NCBI GenBank assembly: GCA_963675595.2
Contig: CAXXLZ010000002.1
Span: 4,384,001 to 4,448,000, forward strand
Source of the DNA: Thermodesulfobacteriota bacterium
GTDB lineage: Bacteria > Desulfobacterota > Desulfarculia > JACQYL01
Reading direction: 5' to 3'
DNA: 64,000 nt
This document shows positions 42,552-52,683 of the stretch, one piece after another. Under the pieces are notes generated by a model. It had not been told where the DNA came from and did not search any database. It saw nothing but the letters and a program-made list of their open reading frames with translations. Both the position numbers and the translations under genes were made by a program. Within the stretch, counting starts at the first letter, position 1, and every line of letters starts with the position of its first letter.

Positions 42552-43256
42552 ATGGCCAACGATGTCCGGGGACCCAACGCTGTGGTTCTTTCCAGCGGAG
42601 GCCTGGATTCTACAACGGTCATGGCGGTGGCGAGGGATGAGGGTTTCCGCATTTTCAGCTTGAGCTTTCTTTACGGGCAGCGCCATCTTCTGGAACTCGA
42701 GGCCGCCCGCAAAGTCTCGCGGATGATGGGGGCGGTGCGACACCTGGAAGTGAACGTGGATTTGGCCCGTATCGGAGGGTCGGCCCTAACGGCCGGTATT
42801 GAGGTTCCCAAAGACCGCAGCCCGGAAGACATGGCCGGTGAGATTCCCGTTACGTATGTACCCGCGAGGAATACCGTATTTCTCGCGCTCGGACTGGCCT
42901 GGGCCGAGGTATTGACGGCCGAGCGCATCTATATCGGGGTGAACGCCTTGGACTACAGCGGATACCCGGATTGCAGACCCGAGTTCATCGAGGCTTTTGA
43001 GCGGCTTGCACAATTGGCCACCAAGGCCGGAGTGGAGGGAAAGCTGAGTATTACCGTGGCCACGCCCTTGATCAGGCTTTCAAAAGCGCAAATCATTAGA
43101 AAGGGCCTGGAACTGGGAGTGGATTATTCTTTGACCCACAGCTGCTACGATCCCACTCCCGAAGGTCTTCATTGTGGGCGTTGTGACAGCTGTCTTCTGA
43201 GGAAAAAGGGATTTCGAGACGCCGGTGTGACGGACCCCACCCGCTATAAGGAATGA
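42552..43256 (+). CDS. queC: 7-cyano-7-deazaguanine synthase
   Basis: SGGLDS, YGQRH, YVPARN, GYPDCR, SCY...CGRCDSC. Confidence 0.97.
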   Translation: MANDVRGPNAVVLSSGGLDSTTVMAVARDEGFRIFSLSFLYGQRHLLELEAARKVSRMMGAVRHLEVNVDLARIGGSALTAGIEVPKDRSPEDMAGEIPVTYVPARNTVFLALGLAWAEVLTAERIYIGVNALDYSGYPDCRPEFIEAFERLAQLATKAGVEGKLSITVATPLIRLSKAQIIRKGLELGVDYSLTHSCYDPTPEGLHCGRCDSCLLRKKGFRDAGVTDPTRYKE

Positions 43257-43330
43257 GGCCGACGTCTTCTCCGGTGTGCGGCAAACCCACGGTCCGCCAC
43301 CAGGAGAGTCCTACGGATGTTCCGCCGGAA

Positions 43331-44002
43331 TCAGGAAATGTCCCGCAGCTTGGACCGTACCAATTCAGTCGATTCCGAAGACGGGTACTTCTCCAGAAAC
43401 TGCTCGTAGAGGGCTTTGGCCTTTTCCTTGTCGCCCAAGGCTTCGTAGAGCCGTCCCAATTCCAGAGAGACGGTCTGCCCGCCGAAGTCTTCCGGTTCTT
43501 TTTGGACCGGGATCAGCACTTCGACTCCATCGGCGTAATCTCCCTTGGCTTCAAGGGCTTGAGCTAGACTGATCCGAACCGACGTCTGAAAGAGGGTATG
43601 GTCTTTCGATTGATCGAGTGCTTCCCGGTAGGCGGTGGCCGCCGAACCGTAGTCCCCGTTTTCGAACAACGCCTTACCCAATTCGGCGGCGACCAGGGCC
43701 GAGCCTTCGGCTCCGGGATGCCGAGCGAGAAAACGTTGCAGCAGGTCGATGCGCTGTTCGGTCGTCTCGGCGGTTCCCGCTTGGGCCAGCAGTTCGTTAA
43801 ACCGGTTCAACGCCGAGCTCGAATACGTCTTGTACAACTGTCCGGCCAGCAGGACCACCACTATGACTCCCGCCGCCACCAGAGCCGTCTTCGTGAATTT
43901 CTTAGGATTCTCCAACACGTAGTTGAGTAACCGAACCGATTTGTCGAAAAACTTGTCGGGCGTCTTCAGCAATTGCTTTCTGGTGATCTTCTCGGCCGCC
44001 AT
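43331..44002 (-). CDS. YfgM-like membrane-anchored TPR protein
   Basis: KITRKQLLKTPDKF N-terminus, single TM, TPR-like helices, KYPSS. Confidence 0.8.
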   Translation of the reverse strand: MAAEKITRKQLLKTPDKFFDKSVRLLNYVLENPKKFTKTALVAAGVIVVVLLAGQLYKTYSSSALNRFNELLAQAGTAETTEQRIDLLQRFLARHPGAEGSALVAAELGKALFENGDYGSAATAYREALDQSKDHTLFQTSVRISLAQALEAKGDYADGVEVLIPVQKEPEDFGGQTVSLELGRLYEALGDKEKAKALYEQFLEKYPSSESTELVRSKLRDIS

Positions 44003-44773
44003 GGGATATCCACCTCGGGGAAAAAGTTTTCGACTCCTTTAGCAGAGCCTGAAGGGTTCGTCAATGACGTGTCGGGTTTTGAGCGTTTCATGTCCGACTT
44101 GTGTGGCCCGCTCTTTGCATTTCCATACCAGAAAAGAACTTGTTCCGCTCCAGCAAGCGGCGGTTTCCGGTCCTTTCGGAAGGACGGCGAAATGCAGGCC
44201 GGTCGGAACCGACCGGTGGCTGCGCTGAATGGAACAAGCCCTTCGTAGGAGATGAACCGTTCCGTCGTCGGGAGCGGGAAGACCGCTCGTTCGCTGGGAA
44301 AGAGTCCCGGAGCGGAGGGTTGGAGGCGTTTCACGGGAAATTGAATGTAATGTGCCCCAAGTGGGCACTTGGTTTCACAACAGGCTGAAATGAGGACGAC
44401 TCGGGCGGTGTCCGAGCCCGCGAGAGGTGAGGTGGGCTTAACGACGATACGCGCCGTGCGAGCGGTTAGTTGCGCCCGGAGCCCGCCTATAGAAAAAACC
44501 TCTGTTTTCAGTAAGTTGCGTTGCACAAGTAGCTCGGCGGTCGGAATCCCCCGGACTTGGTGTCCGGTTCCGGCCGATTTCGATCCGCCAAGAGATGGAA
44601 ATCCCTTCCTGTGTGTCCTGATTTGCGCTCCCTATCGTCCTAAACAGTCAAGGACAGATTCTGTTGGGTGTCCGGATTAGTCTATTTATTTCAGGTAGTT
44701 GCCGCTATATTTCTTGATGCTCTCCTCTGGAATGCTCTTGCTCCTCTGCTTGCCTCCTTCTTCCGACTCACTG

Positions 44774-44790
44774 CCGGCACACCTCTTGCT
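44774..44790 (+). promoter_or_regulatory. candidate sigma-54 promoter for the tandem small genes
   Basis: CCGGCACACCTCTTGCT = GG-N10-GC; IHF-like TTTCAGGTAGTTG at 44689-44701 upstream. Confidence 0.65.
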
Positions 44791-44863
44791 CTAAGACAAA
44801 AGTGACTGATCGGACATCGGTCTTTCGTTCTGAAGCGAAAACTACGCACTGGAGGATACGAAT

Positions 44864-44944
44864 ATGGCAGTGGAAAGCAGCGGAATGGTGACGTTCATGG
44901 GGATTCTGGTTTCCCTTACCGTGGTGGCCATGTTTTTCGCCTAA
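44864..44944 (+). CDS. 26-aa hydrophobic small protein, copy 1 (MAVESSGMVTFMGILVSLTVVAMFFA)
   Basis: GGAGGA RBS at 44851-44856; paralog of the next ORF with several synonymous substitutions. Confidence 0.85.
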   Translation: MAVESSGMVTFMGILVSLTVVAMFFA

Positions 44945-44980
44945 TCACCTGACTGAGTTCAAAAACCAAGGAGGTACATG

Positions 44981-45061
44981 ATGTCTGTTGAAAGCACTGG
45001 AATGGTAACGATCATGGGTTTCGTCGTTTCTCTCACCGTGGTGGCCATGTTTTTCGCTTAA
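44981..45061 (+). CDS. 26-aa hydrophobic small protein, copy 2 (MSVESTGMVTIMGFVVSLTVVAMFFA)
   Basis: AAGGAGGT RBS at 44968-44975 (alternative ATG at 44978); 21/26 identical to copy 1. Confidence 0.85.
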   Translation: MSVESTGMVTIMGFVVSLTVVAMFFA

Positions 45062-45109
45062 TCGATTGCTGCGGAAGTCGACAAACTTAGGAAGTTTTAT
45101 ATATATGTG

Positions 45110-45197
45110 AAGCGGATGCGGGCGGGTGCGAACCCGCGGGATGCCGACCGGTGTTTATACGGGAATCGGCGTCCGCGCACGTCCGCTTTTCATTTTT
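45110..45197 (+). terminator. branched stem-loop followed by T tract (terminator or structured RNA)
   Basis: Outer stem AAGCGGATG/CGTCCGCTT encloses GCGGGT-GCGA-ACCCGC and GGATGCCGA/TCGGCGTCC, then TTTTCATTTTT. Confidence 0.55.
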
Positions 45198-45538
45198 GTA
45201 CGCCCCGTAATCATCGAGTCATGTCCCTCGGCTCTCGGGGGGAGCGGGCCCAAGCCCCGGATATCAAGCAACCTTGCCTTGCAGAGGGCGGGAACCGTGG
45301 AAGTATCGAACTACTTCGACCTCCTGCGTTTCGAATCTTATCAGAGCCTCATCCCTCATCGTTTCCTCTCGGATGGGACCTTTTCCTTACCTACAGCTCA
45401 GTCCGACAACCCGGCTTCTCGGCAGGTGATTCCTCCGGAATTGCATTGGGAGTGCGTGCAGGTTCAGACGCCGGCTCTCCCGAAAGCGGCATCCCGCAAG
45501 TGACCGAAGTGCAACGATTCTGAAGTGGAGGTGCGCGG

Positions 45539-48500
45539 ATGAAACTCTTAAAGGCGCCGAATCCTTCCCGTCGGGGATCGAGACTGCTGCTCCCGGCGAT
45601 GTTGGTGGTCGGTTTGGCGGGCATCCTTATTTTGCTGAGCGATACCGATATCTTTGCCTCCACGTCGGTCGATGAGGCAATGAAGGAGGTAGTGGCGGAA
45701 GCCGGGACGTCATCCGCGGACGCGGGAAAGGCTCTATTACATTGGACGTTGCTCTTATGCGGCGCCTCGGTTTGGATCCTTCGTTCCCATTCCGGCCGAG
45801 CGAATCGGGAGCGGGAGCTCGGCGAAATGCTCCAGCGATACCAATCCATTTTGGAGACCATCGAGGAGGGCTATTACGAGGTTGATTTGGAGGGGAACCT
45901 GACGTTCTTCAACTCTCCTCTCGCCGCCATTCTGGACTACCCCGAAGAAGAGCTCTACGGAATGAACTTCAGGATATACACGCCGGAAGCGAGCAAGCAG
46001 GAGGTTTTTCGGATATTCAACGACGTGTACGTCTCCGGCGTGCCCGTCCGCGGCTACTCCTGGGAAGTTCTGCGGAAGGGGGGCGACAGGCGGGTTATTG
46101 AGGCTTCGGTCTCCTTAATTAGAGACCCGGATGGGGAACCAACGGGTTTTCGCGGCATCATCCGGGACATTACCGAGCGGAGGAGGGCGGAGGAGGCACT
46201 GCGCGAGTCCCGCAGAATGCTTGACGCCGTGATGAACAGCATTCCCCAGGCTATGTGCTGGAAGGGGCGAGATTCGGCCTACTTGGGGTGCAACCATGTC
46301 TTTGCGCAGCATGCCGGTTTGTCCGACCCCGAAGGCATCGTCGGCAAAACGGATGCGGATATCGCTTGTCTTCAGGAGGAGGCGCCGCACAACAGGGAGC
46401 GGGAAAAGGAAGTCATGGAATCCGGCATCCCGGAGCTCCATGTGATCGAGTCGAGAGCCGGCGTCGATTGTCGACCGATCCGGCGCGATACGACTCGGGT
46501 TCCCCTACACGATGCTTACGGCAACGTCATGGGCATTCTTGTGGTGTATGACGACGTGACGGAACTGAAACGAGCCGAAGAAGCGATCAGGGCGAGCGAG
46601 GAGCGTCTGAGAGTGATCATGGATGCCCTCCAGGTAGGAATTCTGCTCGTAGACGCTGAAACCAGGATGATTGTGGATGTTAACCCGGCTCTTGTTTCCA
46701 TTCTGGGCGGTACCAGGGGGCAGATTGTCGGGCGGCCGTGTGTTCTCCCGGGATGCGTGCCCCATGAAACCAAGTGTCCCATCCTTGGTGAAAGATCCAA
46801 GGAATGCAGAGTGGAACGGACTATTGTCGGCGGCACGGGTGAAAGCACCCCGGTGCTTGTCTCCGCCTCTTTGATCGGTCTTGCCGGGCGCGACCACGTG
46901 CTCGAAACCTTTGTGGATATAACGGATCGGGTCCGCGCCGAAGAAGAACTCAGGGTGCAAACCCATCGTGCCTTGAAGGCGGGGCGAGAATTGGCCGAGG
47001 TTAACGAACAGCTTGAAAACGCCGTGTCGCGGGCCAATGTGATGGCCCTCGAGGCACAATTGGCAAATCGGGCGAAAAGTGAGTTTCTTGCCAACATGAG
47101 CCACGAAATCAGGACACCCATGAACGGCGTCATCGGGTTCACGGAGATGCTTCTGGAGACTTCACTCACCGGGGAGCAAAGAGAATGTGCTGAAACCATC
47201 AAACGAAGTGCGGAAGCACTTCTGAACTTGATCGACGACATCCTTGACTTCTCCAAAATCGAAGCGGGGCGGCTTCAACTGGAGAGAGTGGATTTCGATC
47301 CCGAATTACTCCTTTATGACGTGTGTACGATTATTCGGCCCAGAGTGTCTCCAAGTGTGGAAATCGTCTGCCGCATCGGTGACAGTGTGCCTTCGTATCT
47401 CAAAGGGGATCCCCACCGGTTCCGTCAGGTACTGATCAATCTCTTGGGAAACGCGGCCAAATTCACCCAGGCCGGGTCCATCGAGCTTACGTTGGAGATT
47501 CAGGAGGTAATCGGCCACCGCTCAAAAGTGCACGTCCAGGTTCGGGACACGGGTATCGGCGTTCCATCGGACAAGCTGTCCTGTATCTTCGAGATGTTTC
47601 AGCAGGCCGACGGTTCAATGACCCGAAAATACGGGGGCACCGGTTTGGGCCTCTCCATCTGCAAAAGGATCGCCCATCTCATGGAGGGGGAGGTGTGCGC
47701 CGAAAGTGTTCTGGGAAAAGGAAGCACATTTCACTTCTATGCATGGTTCGAAGAGTCCGGCAGGGCGCCTGAAGAAATCCCTTCCGCCCGGCGGCTTGAT
47801 GGGAAAAGAGTACTTGTGGGAGACGGCAATCCGTCGGTTAGGGAAGTTCTGCTGCACACCGTGGTTGCGAACGGGGGTATCGCGGTGTCCGCGGATCATA
47901 TCGACGCGGTCATCGCGGCGGTGGTGGAAGCGGAGAAGGCGGGGACGCCTTTTAACGTCGTCTTGTTGGACCTTTCACTTCCGGGCTCGGAAAGCGCTCA
48001 TGGCATGGTGAAGAGGCTCAGGGACTTGAACGACGGGTATTCGAATATCTCGTTGGTGGCTCTATCGTCCTCTCATGAGAACGGTACCAAGGAAGCGCTC
48101 GAGGCGGGATTCGATGGAGTTCTGAGCAAACCGGTACGCCGCGGAAGGCTCGTCGAAATGGTTCAACGTCTCGGGAAGACCGAATCGAAGTCGCCCGAAT
48201 CGGAGCCGGCGGCCGAGAGCGTGAGGCGATGCGTCGACGACCAAAGCGAAGACCCTTCCATACGAATACTGCTCGTGGAGGACAATCCGGTCAACAGGAG
48301 ACTCACCGAAATGATGCTTCACAAGGCGGGATACAGGGTGGAAATCGCGGACAATGGAGAACAGGCTTTGGAGAAGTTCACTCACCGGCCCGGCGATTTC
48401 GACCTGATTTTCATGGATATCCACATGCCCCGTATGGACGGCTTGAAAGCGGCCGAGATTCTTCGGGAGAAGGGATATGCGGAGGTTCCCATCGTGGCCA

Positions 48501-48631
48501 TGACCGCGGGAGCCGTTGAAGGGGACCGCGTGAAGTGTCTGAAGGCCGGAATGAACGATTACCTCACCAAACCGGTAAAACCTGAGGAAGTGCTGCGGCT
48601 GGTGAGAACCTGGGTGCCCGTCGGAAAGTGA
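45539..48631 (+). CDS. hybrid sensor histidine kinase/response regulator (2 TM, 3 PAS, HisKA, HATPase, 2 REC)
   Basis: [53 protein letters not shown]; GGAGGT RBS. Confidence 0.95.
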   Translation: MKLLKAPNPSRRGSRLLLPAMLVVGLAGILILLSDTDIFASTSVDEAMKEVVAEAGTSSADAGKALLHWTLLLCGASVWILRSHSGRANRERELGEMLQRYQSILETIEEGYYEVDLEGNLTFFNSPLAAILDYPEEELYGMNFRIYTPEASKQEVFRIFNDVYVSGVPVRGYSWEVLRKGGDRRVIEASVSLIRDPDGEPTGFRGIIRDITERRRAEEALRESRRMLDAVMNSIPQAMCWKGRDSAYLGCNHVFAQHAGLSDPEGIVGKTDADIACLQEEAPHNREREKEVMESGIPELHVIESRAGVDCRPIRRDTTRVPLHDAYGNVMGILVVYDDVTELKRAEEAIRASEERLRVIMDALQVGILLVDAETRMIVDVNPALVSILGGTRGQIVGRPCVLPGCVPHETKCPILGERSKECRVERTIVGGTGESTPVLVSASLIGLAGRDHVLETFVDITDRVRAEEELRVQTHRALKAGRELAEVNEQLENAVSRANVMALEAQLANRAKSEFLANMSHEIRTPMNGVIGFTEMLLETSLTGEQRECAETIKRSAEALLNLIDDILDFSKIEAGRLQLERVDFDPELLLYDVCTIIRPRVSPSVEIVCRIGDSVPSYLKGDPHRFRQVLINLLGNAAKFTQAGSIELTLEIQEVIGHRSKVHVQVRDTGIGVPSDKLSCIFEMFQQADGSMTRKYGGTGLGLSICKRIAHLMEGEVCAESVLGKGSTFHFYAWFEESGRAPEEIPSARRLDGKRVLVGDGNPSVREVLLHTVVANGGIAVSADHIDAVIAAVVEAEKAGTPFNVVLLDLSLPGSESAHGMVKRLRDLNDGYSNISLVALSSSHENGTKEALEAGFDGVLSKPVRRGRLVEMVQRLGKTESKSPESEPAAESVRRCVDDQSEDPSIRILLVEDNPVNRRLTEMMLHKAGYRVEIADNGEQALEKFTHRPGDFDLIFMDIHMPRMDGLKAAEILREKGYAEVPIVAMTAGAVEGDRVKCLKAGMNDYLTKPVKPEEVLRLVRTWVPVGK

Positions 48632-48645
48632 GTCAACTTCGTATG

Positions 48646-49296
48646 TTATGAGTCGCTTTCACCCGTTGCCGAGCCTTCTTGGGGCGAGGGTTTGGGCGAA
48701 ACCGCCTGTTCGGCGGCGGTTGTACCGTCCGTGAGGGAACGTTTGTCAAAGGTCAAAACGAGTTGACCCGTACCGGAGCCTTTGCTCTCGAGTTGCAGCA
48801 CTACATATCCGGTCGGCGTTTGCCAAAGGGACATCCAGATTCCGCAGTTTCCGAATCCGAGACATTCGTAAAACTCGTCGTCTTCGGTGAACTTCTCATT
48901 TCCCACGGTTTTTGAAGACATGGGGTCTCCAAAGGAGCGGGACAGCCGAACCTCAAATGCATCGAACGCCTCGCGGCCCAAAATGCCGTACAGATCTTCA
49001 TGGATGGGGCGCCCCTTCCAGACGACGCGATTCAGCCCGTAGGCGGGGTGCACGTATCCGATGACCGTATCGGTGTCATCCAGAGGATGGGGCAGGTCTT
49101 CCATGATCACGGCGGTGAGAACCCCTTCCACTCGGGTTTGCGTGATGCGGACGCCTGCGTCTCTCAATTGATTCTCGTGGAGGCCCCAGGAAATGCCCAA
49201 AGGAGAATCGAAGTCCGTTGGACCGCCCGCCGCTTGCCCGAAGTTGGGGAAGAGCAGACAAACAAGGATGAGGATTGAGCTTGCCGTTCGATTCAT
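48646..49296 (-). CDS. hypothetical exported protein
   Basis: Signal peptide ending GQA; GGAG RBS; PLGISWG motif. Confidence 0.7.
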   Translation of the reverse strand: MNRTASSILILVCLLFPNFGQAAGGPTDFDSPLGISWGLHENQLRDAGVRITQTRVEGVLTAVIMEDLPHPLDDTDTVIGYVHPAYGLNRVVWKGRPIHEDLYGILGREAFDAFEVRLSRSFGDPMSSKTVGNEKFTEDDEFYECLGFGNCGIWMSLWQTPTGYVVLQLESKGSGTGQLVLTFDKRSLTDGTTAAEQAVSPKPSPQEGSATGESDS

Positions 49297-49752
49297 CGCG
49301 GACTCCGAATAAACAATAGTAAAGCCCCGTGCGATCTTACCCTTCGCACCACCGGTCGGTATTCCCGGCTTACCTTCCCGAGTTCGCCGACTCGGGGAAC
49401 GAGGTCCGATTGTCGATGTGCAATGGGGTGAGCGGATTGATAAATCACATTATAAAGGGTATCCGGGGAGGGATGCAACCACGAGAGGCAAGCGGCAGGG
49501 AAAAAGGATCGGGCGTGTTCCAATAATTTGATCTCTTATCCCAATAAATAACGATGCCTCTCCGCGCTTGACGGCACACGCCGGATGCCGAACTGATTCG
49601 AATATACAGGATTCCGGGTTTTCGGTTCATTGGGGCTTCCGACTTTCCGGCTTCGGCACAGGTCGTGTGTAAATGCAATGATCGTCCGGTCGGCATTCGT
49701 CGGCAGGCTCGTACAGGCGGGATTTCGGTTCGAACCGTTGAGGAGCAAGGTG

Positions 49753-51075
49753 GTGAGCAATCGGGCATCCATATGGAACAAGACCGTCATCGGATGGAGT
49801 CTCTATGATTTCGCGAATTCCGCCTTTGCCACCACGATCTTGGCGGTGATTTTCAACAAGTACTATGCTCAGGTCGTGGCCGGTGGGGAAGAGGGGACCG
49901 TGGTGTTCGGGTATCGGGTACAGGGGGCGGCTCTGTTCGGCTATGTGTTGTCGCTGAGTTATGCCGTGATTGCGGTGGCCTCACCCGTACTGGGCGCCAT
50001 TGCGGACGCCGCCTACCGAAGAAAGAGCTTCTTGGGCGTTTGTTGCGCCGTGGGGGTTTCGGCTTCCGGTTTGCTCTATTACGTGGGGCCCGGGGACGTG
50101 TTTACGGGCAGCATGCTGTTCATCATTGCCAACATGGGCTTTGCGGGAGGAAATGTTTTCTACAACAGCTTTCTCCCGGAAATCTCCAACGAGTCCAATG
50201 CGGGTCGGATATCCGGCCTCGGTTGGGCGGTCGGTTACGTTGGGGGCGGCATGTTGTTGGGGGTGAATCTTGTGATGCTCCAATACCCGGAGTTATTGGG
50301 GTTTGCTCCCGGCACTTTCACCGTGGGGCACTGCTTCGTGTCCGTGGCGTTGTGGTGGGGGCTGTTTTCCATTCCCATGTTTGTCTGGGTTCCCGAGCAA
50401 GGGCGTCGCGGCACGGCAAGGGATCCTTCAGGCTATGTCCGTTCCGGATTTCGGAGGGTTGGAGAGACGTTGCGTCATATCCGGCGATATCGTGAGTTCT
50501 CGAAGTTTATTCTCTCCTATCTCATGTTCAACGATGGAATCGAGACCGTCATCGTCTTTGCTTCGATTTATGGAGCCACTGTGGTGGGCATGGACACCGG
50601 CGAACTCATCGTGTTCTTCCTCGTAATTCAGGGTACCGCTTTCGCCGGGTCTCTCTTGCTGGGCTTCCTCTCGGATGCTTGGGGACAGAAACGCACTCTG
50701 TTGGCCGCCTTGTGCGTTTGGACTCTGATCGTACTCTGGGCTTCCGTCCTGGGTATGTGGGACCTGAAGGGGGAGTACTGGATATTGGGTATCTTGACGG
50801 GGATCGTGCTCGGAGGTTCACAGTCCATCGCGCGTTCACTCGCGGGACTCTTGATTCCTCCGTCGAAGAGCGCTGAGTTCTATGGATTTTACGCCATCAG
50901 CGGCAAGTTCGCGGCGGTTTTGGGGCCGGCCATGTACAGTTCGGCCATCGCTCTCACCGGGAGCATGACGCGGGGTATTCTCGTGCTGGGACTGCTGTTC
51001 GTCTCGGGGATGATCGGCCTTGCGACGGTGAACGTCCCCGCGGGCATTCTTGCGGCACGGGCGGAAACCCCTTGA
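49753..51075 (+). CDS. MFS transporter, UMF1/Atg22-like family
   Basis: WSLYDFANSAF, FYNSFLP, GRISGLGWAVGYVGG, FNDG, AEFYGFY. Confidence 0.9.
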   Translation: MSNRASIWNKTVIGWSLYDFANSAFATTILAVIFNKYYAQVVAGGEEGTVVFGYRVQGAALFGYVLSLSYAVIAVASPVLGAIADAAYRRKSFLGVCCAVGVSASGLLYYVGPGDVFTGSMLFIIANMGFAGGNVFYNSFLPEISNESNAGRISGLGWAVGYVGGGMLLGVNLVMLQYPELLGFAPGTFTVGHCFVSVALWWGLFSIPMFVWVPEQGRRGTARDPSGYVRSGFRRVGETLRHIRRYREFSKFILSYLMFNDGIETVIVFASIYGATVVGMDTGELIVFFLVIQGTAFAGSLLLGFLSDAWGQKRTLLAALCVWTLIVLWASVLGMWDLKGEYWILGILTGIVLGGSQSIARSLAGLLIPPSKSAEFYGFYAISGKFAAVLGPAMYSSAIALTGSMTRGILVLGLLFVSGMIGLATVNVPAGILAARAETP

Positions 51076-51111
51076 AGGGGTTCCCACACGGCTATGCGAT
51101 TTACCGGAGGA

Positions 51112-51723
51112 TCACCGAAAGAGCTTGGCGGTGATTTCGGCCGTATGACGTCCCTGAAATCTCGCTCCATCCAGCTCATTGTCGCTCGGATATCGTTCGT
51201 TTCCACCGCCGGCGATTGTGGAGGCTCCGTAGGGTGAACAACCGGTGATTTCGTCGATCCTCCGCTGCCCATCGAAAGAATAGGGCAGTCCCACGATGAC
51301 GAAGCCGTGATGCAGCAATGTGATATGGAAGCTTAGAATGGTGGACTCCTGACCACCATGCTGAGTGGCGGAACTGGTGAAAACCCCTCCCACTTTGCCG
51401 ATGAATGCGCCCTTGGCCCAAAGACCTCCAGTGGCGTCCAGAAAAGCCCGCATTTGGCCGCACATATTCCCGAATCGTGTGGGTGTGCCGAATATGATGG
51501 CGTCCGCGTCGGCCAGTTCGCCCACCGTACAGATCGGAACATGAGAGAAGGCCTTGCGGGGTTCCAGGGCTCCCATCTTGGCAAGGACTTCCTCCGGAAG
51601 AGTCTCCGGTACCCGCTTCAGAGCGACTTCGGCTCCTTGGACTTCCCTAACCCCCTCGGCCACGGCTTCGGCCATCCTGTGAACGTGTCCGTACATGGAA
51701 TAGTAGACTACCAGGACTTTCAT
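51112..51723 (-). CDS. wrbA: NAD(P)H:quinone oxidoreductase WrbA
   Basis: [31 protein letters not shown]. Confidence 0.96.
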   Translation of the reverse strand: MKVLVVYYSMYGHVHRMAEAVAEGVREVQGAEVALKRVPETLPEEVLAKMGALEPRKAFSHVPICTVGELADADAIIFGTPTRFGNMCGQMRAFLDATGGLWAKGAFIGKVGGVFTSSATQHGGQESTILSFHITLLHHGFVIVGLPYSFDGQRRIDEITGCSPYGASTIAGGGNERYPSDNELDGARFQGRHTAEITAKLFR

Positions 51724-51833
51724 GATTCTCTCCTTCTGATCCGTGCCGTGTAATGGATTGAAATGTTACATGAAACCCGTTGTGCAAAGGGCCGTCACGG
51801 TCCGACCCGGCGGGGCGTTGCATGCTGGACCGA

Positions 51834-52484
51834 TCAGTCGCCTTTCGACTCCATGGACTCTCTGTAATAGACGCAATGAAGATTGAGCATGCAATCCGGG
51901 CATTTGGGTTTTTTAGCCGAGCATACCAAACGTCCGTGCCAGATGATCTGGTTGGAGATACGGGTCCAAACCGACGTGGGGAACAGCTTCATCAGGTCGG
52001 CCTCGATCTTCTCCGCGTTCTTGTTGGTCGTAAGACCCAAACGTTGAGATACTCTGCTCACGTGGGTGTCCACCACAACGCCGGGAATGCCCAAAGTCTC
52101 TCCCAGAATCAGATTGGCCGTTTTTCGACCGATCCCGGGAAGTTTCACCATTTCTTCCAGGGTTGTGGGCACCTTGCCGCCGTGTCTCTCCATAACGACT
52201 TGGGCGGAGGCTTTCAGACTTTTTGCCTTGTTGCGGAAAAAGCCCGTGGGGCGCACGGCTTCCTCCAACTCGTTGATGTCCGCCTTTGCCGTGGCTTCCG
52301 GGTCCGGATAGCGTTCGAACAAACCAGGGGTGACCTGATTGACCCGCTCGTCCGTGCATTGAGCCGAGAGAACCGTGGCGACCAAGAGCTGCCAAGGATT
52401 CTGGAAATTCAGAGCACATTTAGGTTCGGGATAGGCTTCGTCCAGTCGGGCTTGGATCCAGGCCGCCTTTTCTTTCAGATTCAT
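51834..52484 (-). CDS. nth: endonuclease III
   Basis: LSAQCTD, LPGIGRKTAN, VDTHV, C-x6-C-x2-C-x5-C Fe-S motif. Confidence 0.96.
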   Translation of the reverse strand: MNLKEKAAWIQARLDEAYPEPKCALNFQNPWQLLVATVLSAQCTDERVNQVTPGLFERYPDPEATAKADINELEEAVRPTGFFRNKAKSLKASAQVVMERHGGKVPTTLEEMVKLPGIGRKTANLILGETLGIPGVVVDTHVSRVSQRLGLTTNKNAEKIEADLMKLFPTSVWTRISNQIIWHGRLVCSAKKPKCPDCMLNLHCVYYRESMESKGD

Positions 52485-52683
52485 AGTTGCCCTCTCGTGT
52501 CTCAATGCCTGCGGACCGGGGGAGGAGCCGGTCCCGGGTGTCGGGTTTCATCTCTCGTCGCCGCCCTCACGGAAAGAGGCGAACGACCGCCGCCGCCGTC
52601 GAAGAAGCGCCGGCTTGCACCGGGTATCCGAATCCTGTTACTAGGGACTTCCAAAAGTATCCCATCAGGAGCAGACGCTTTTT

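Noticed and set aside
43966-44680. Several 90-186-aa ORFs in the long intergenic region
   Set aside because: No RBS, low-complexity composition, mutually overlapping; region better explained as divergent regulatory DNA
44864-45061. Tandem repeat as a CRISPR mini-array, or Flp pilin / AgrD genes
   Set aside because: Units are 81-nt open frames with RBSs and synonymous divergence; no prepilin G|xxxxEY motif, no Cys, no agrB or tad genes
45126-45503. 125-aa ORF (or a shorter one from GTG 45297) between the micro-proteins and the kinase
   Set aside because: 5' part overlaps the RNA structure, RBS weak, no recognisable motif; cannot be supported without homology data
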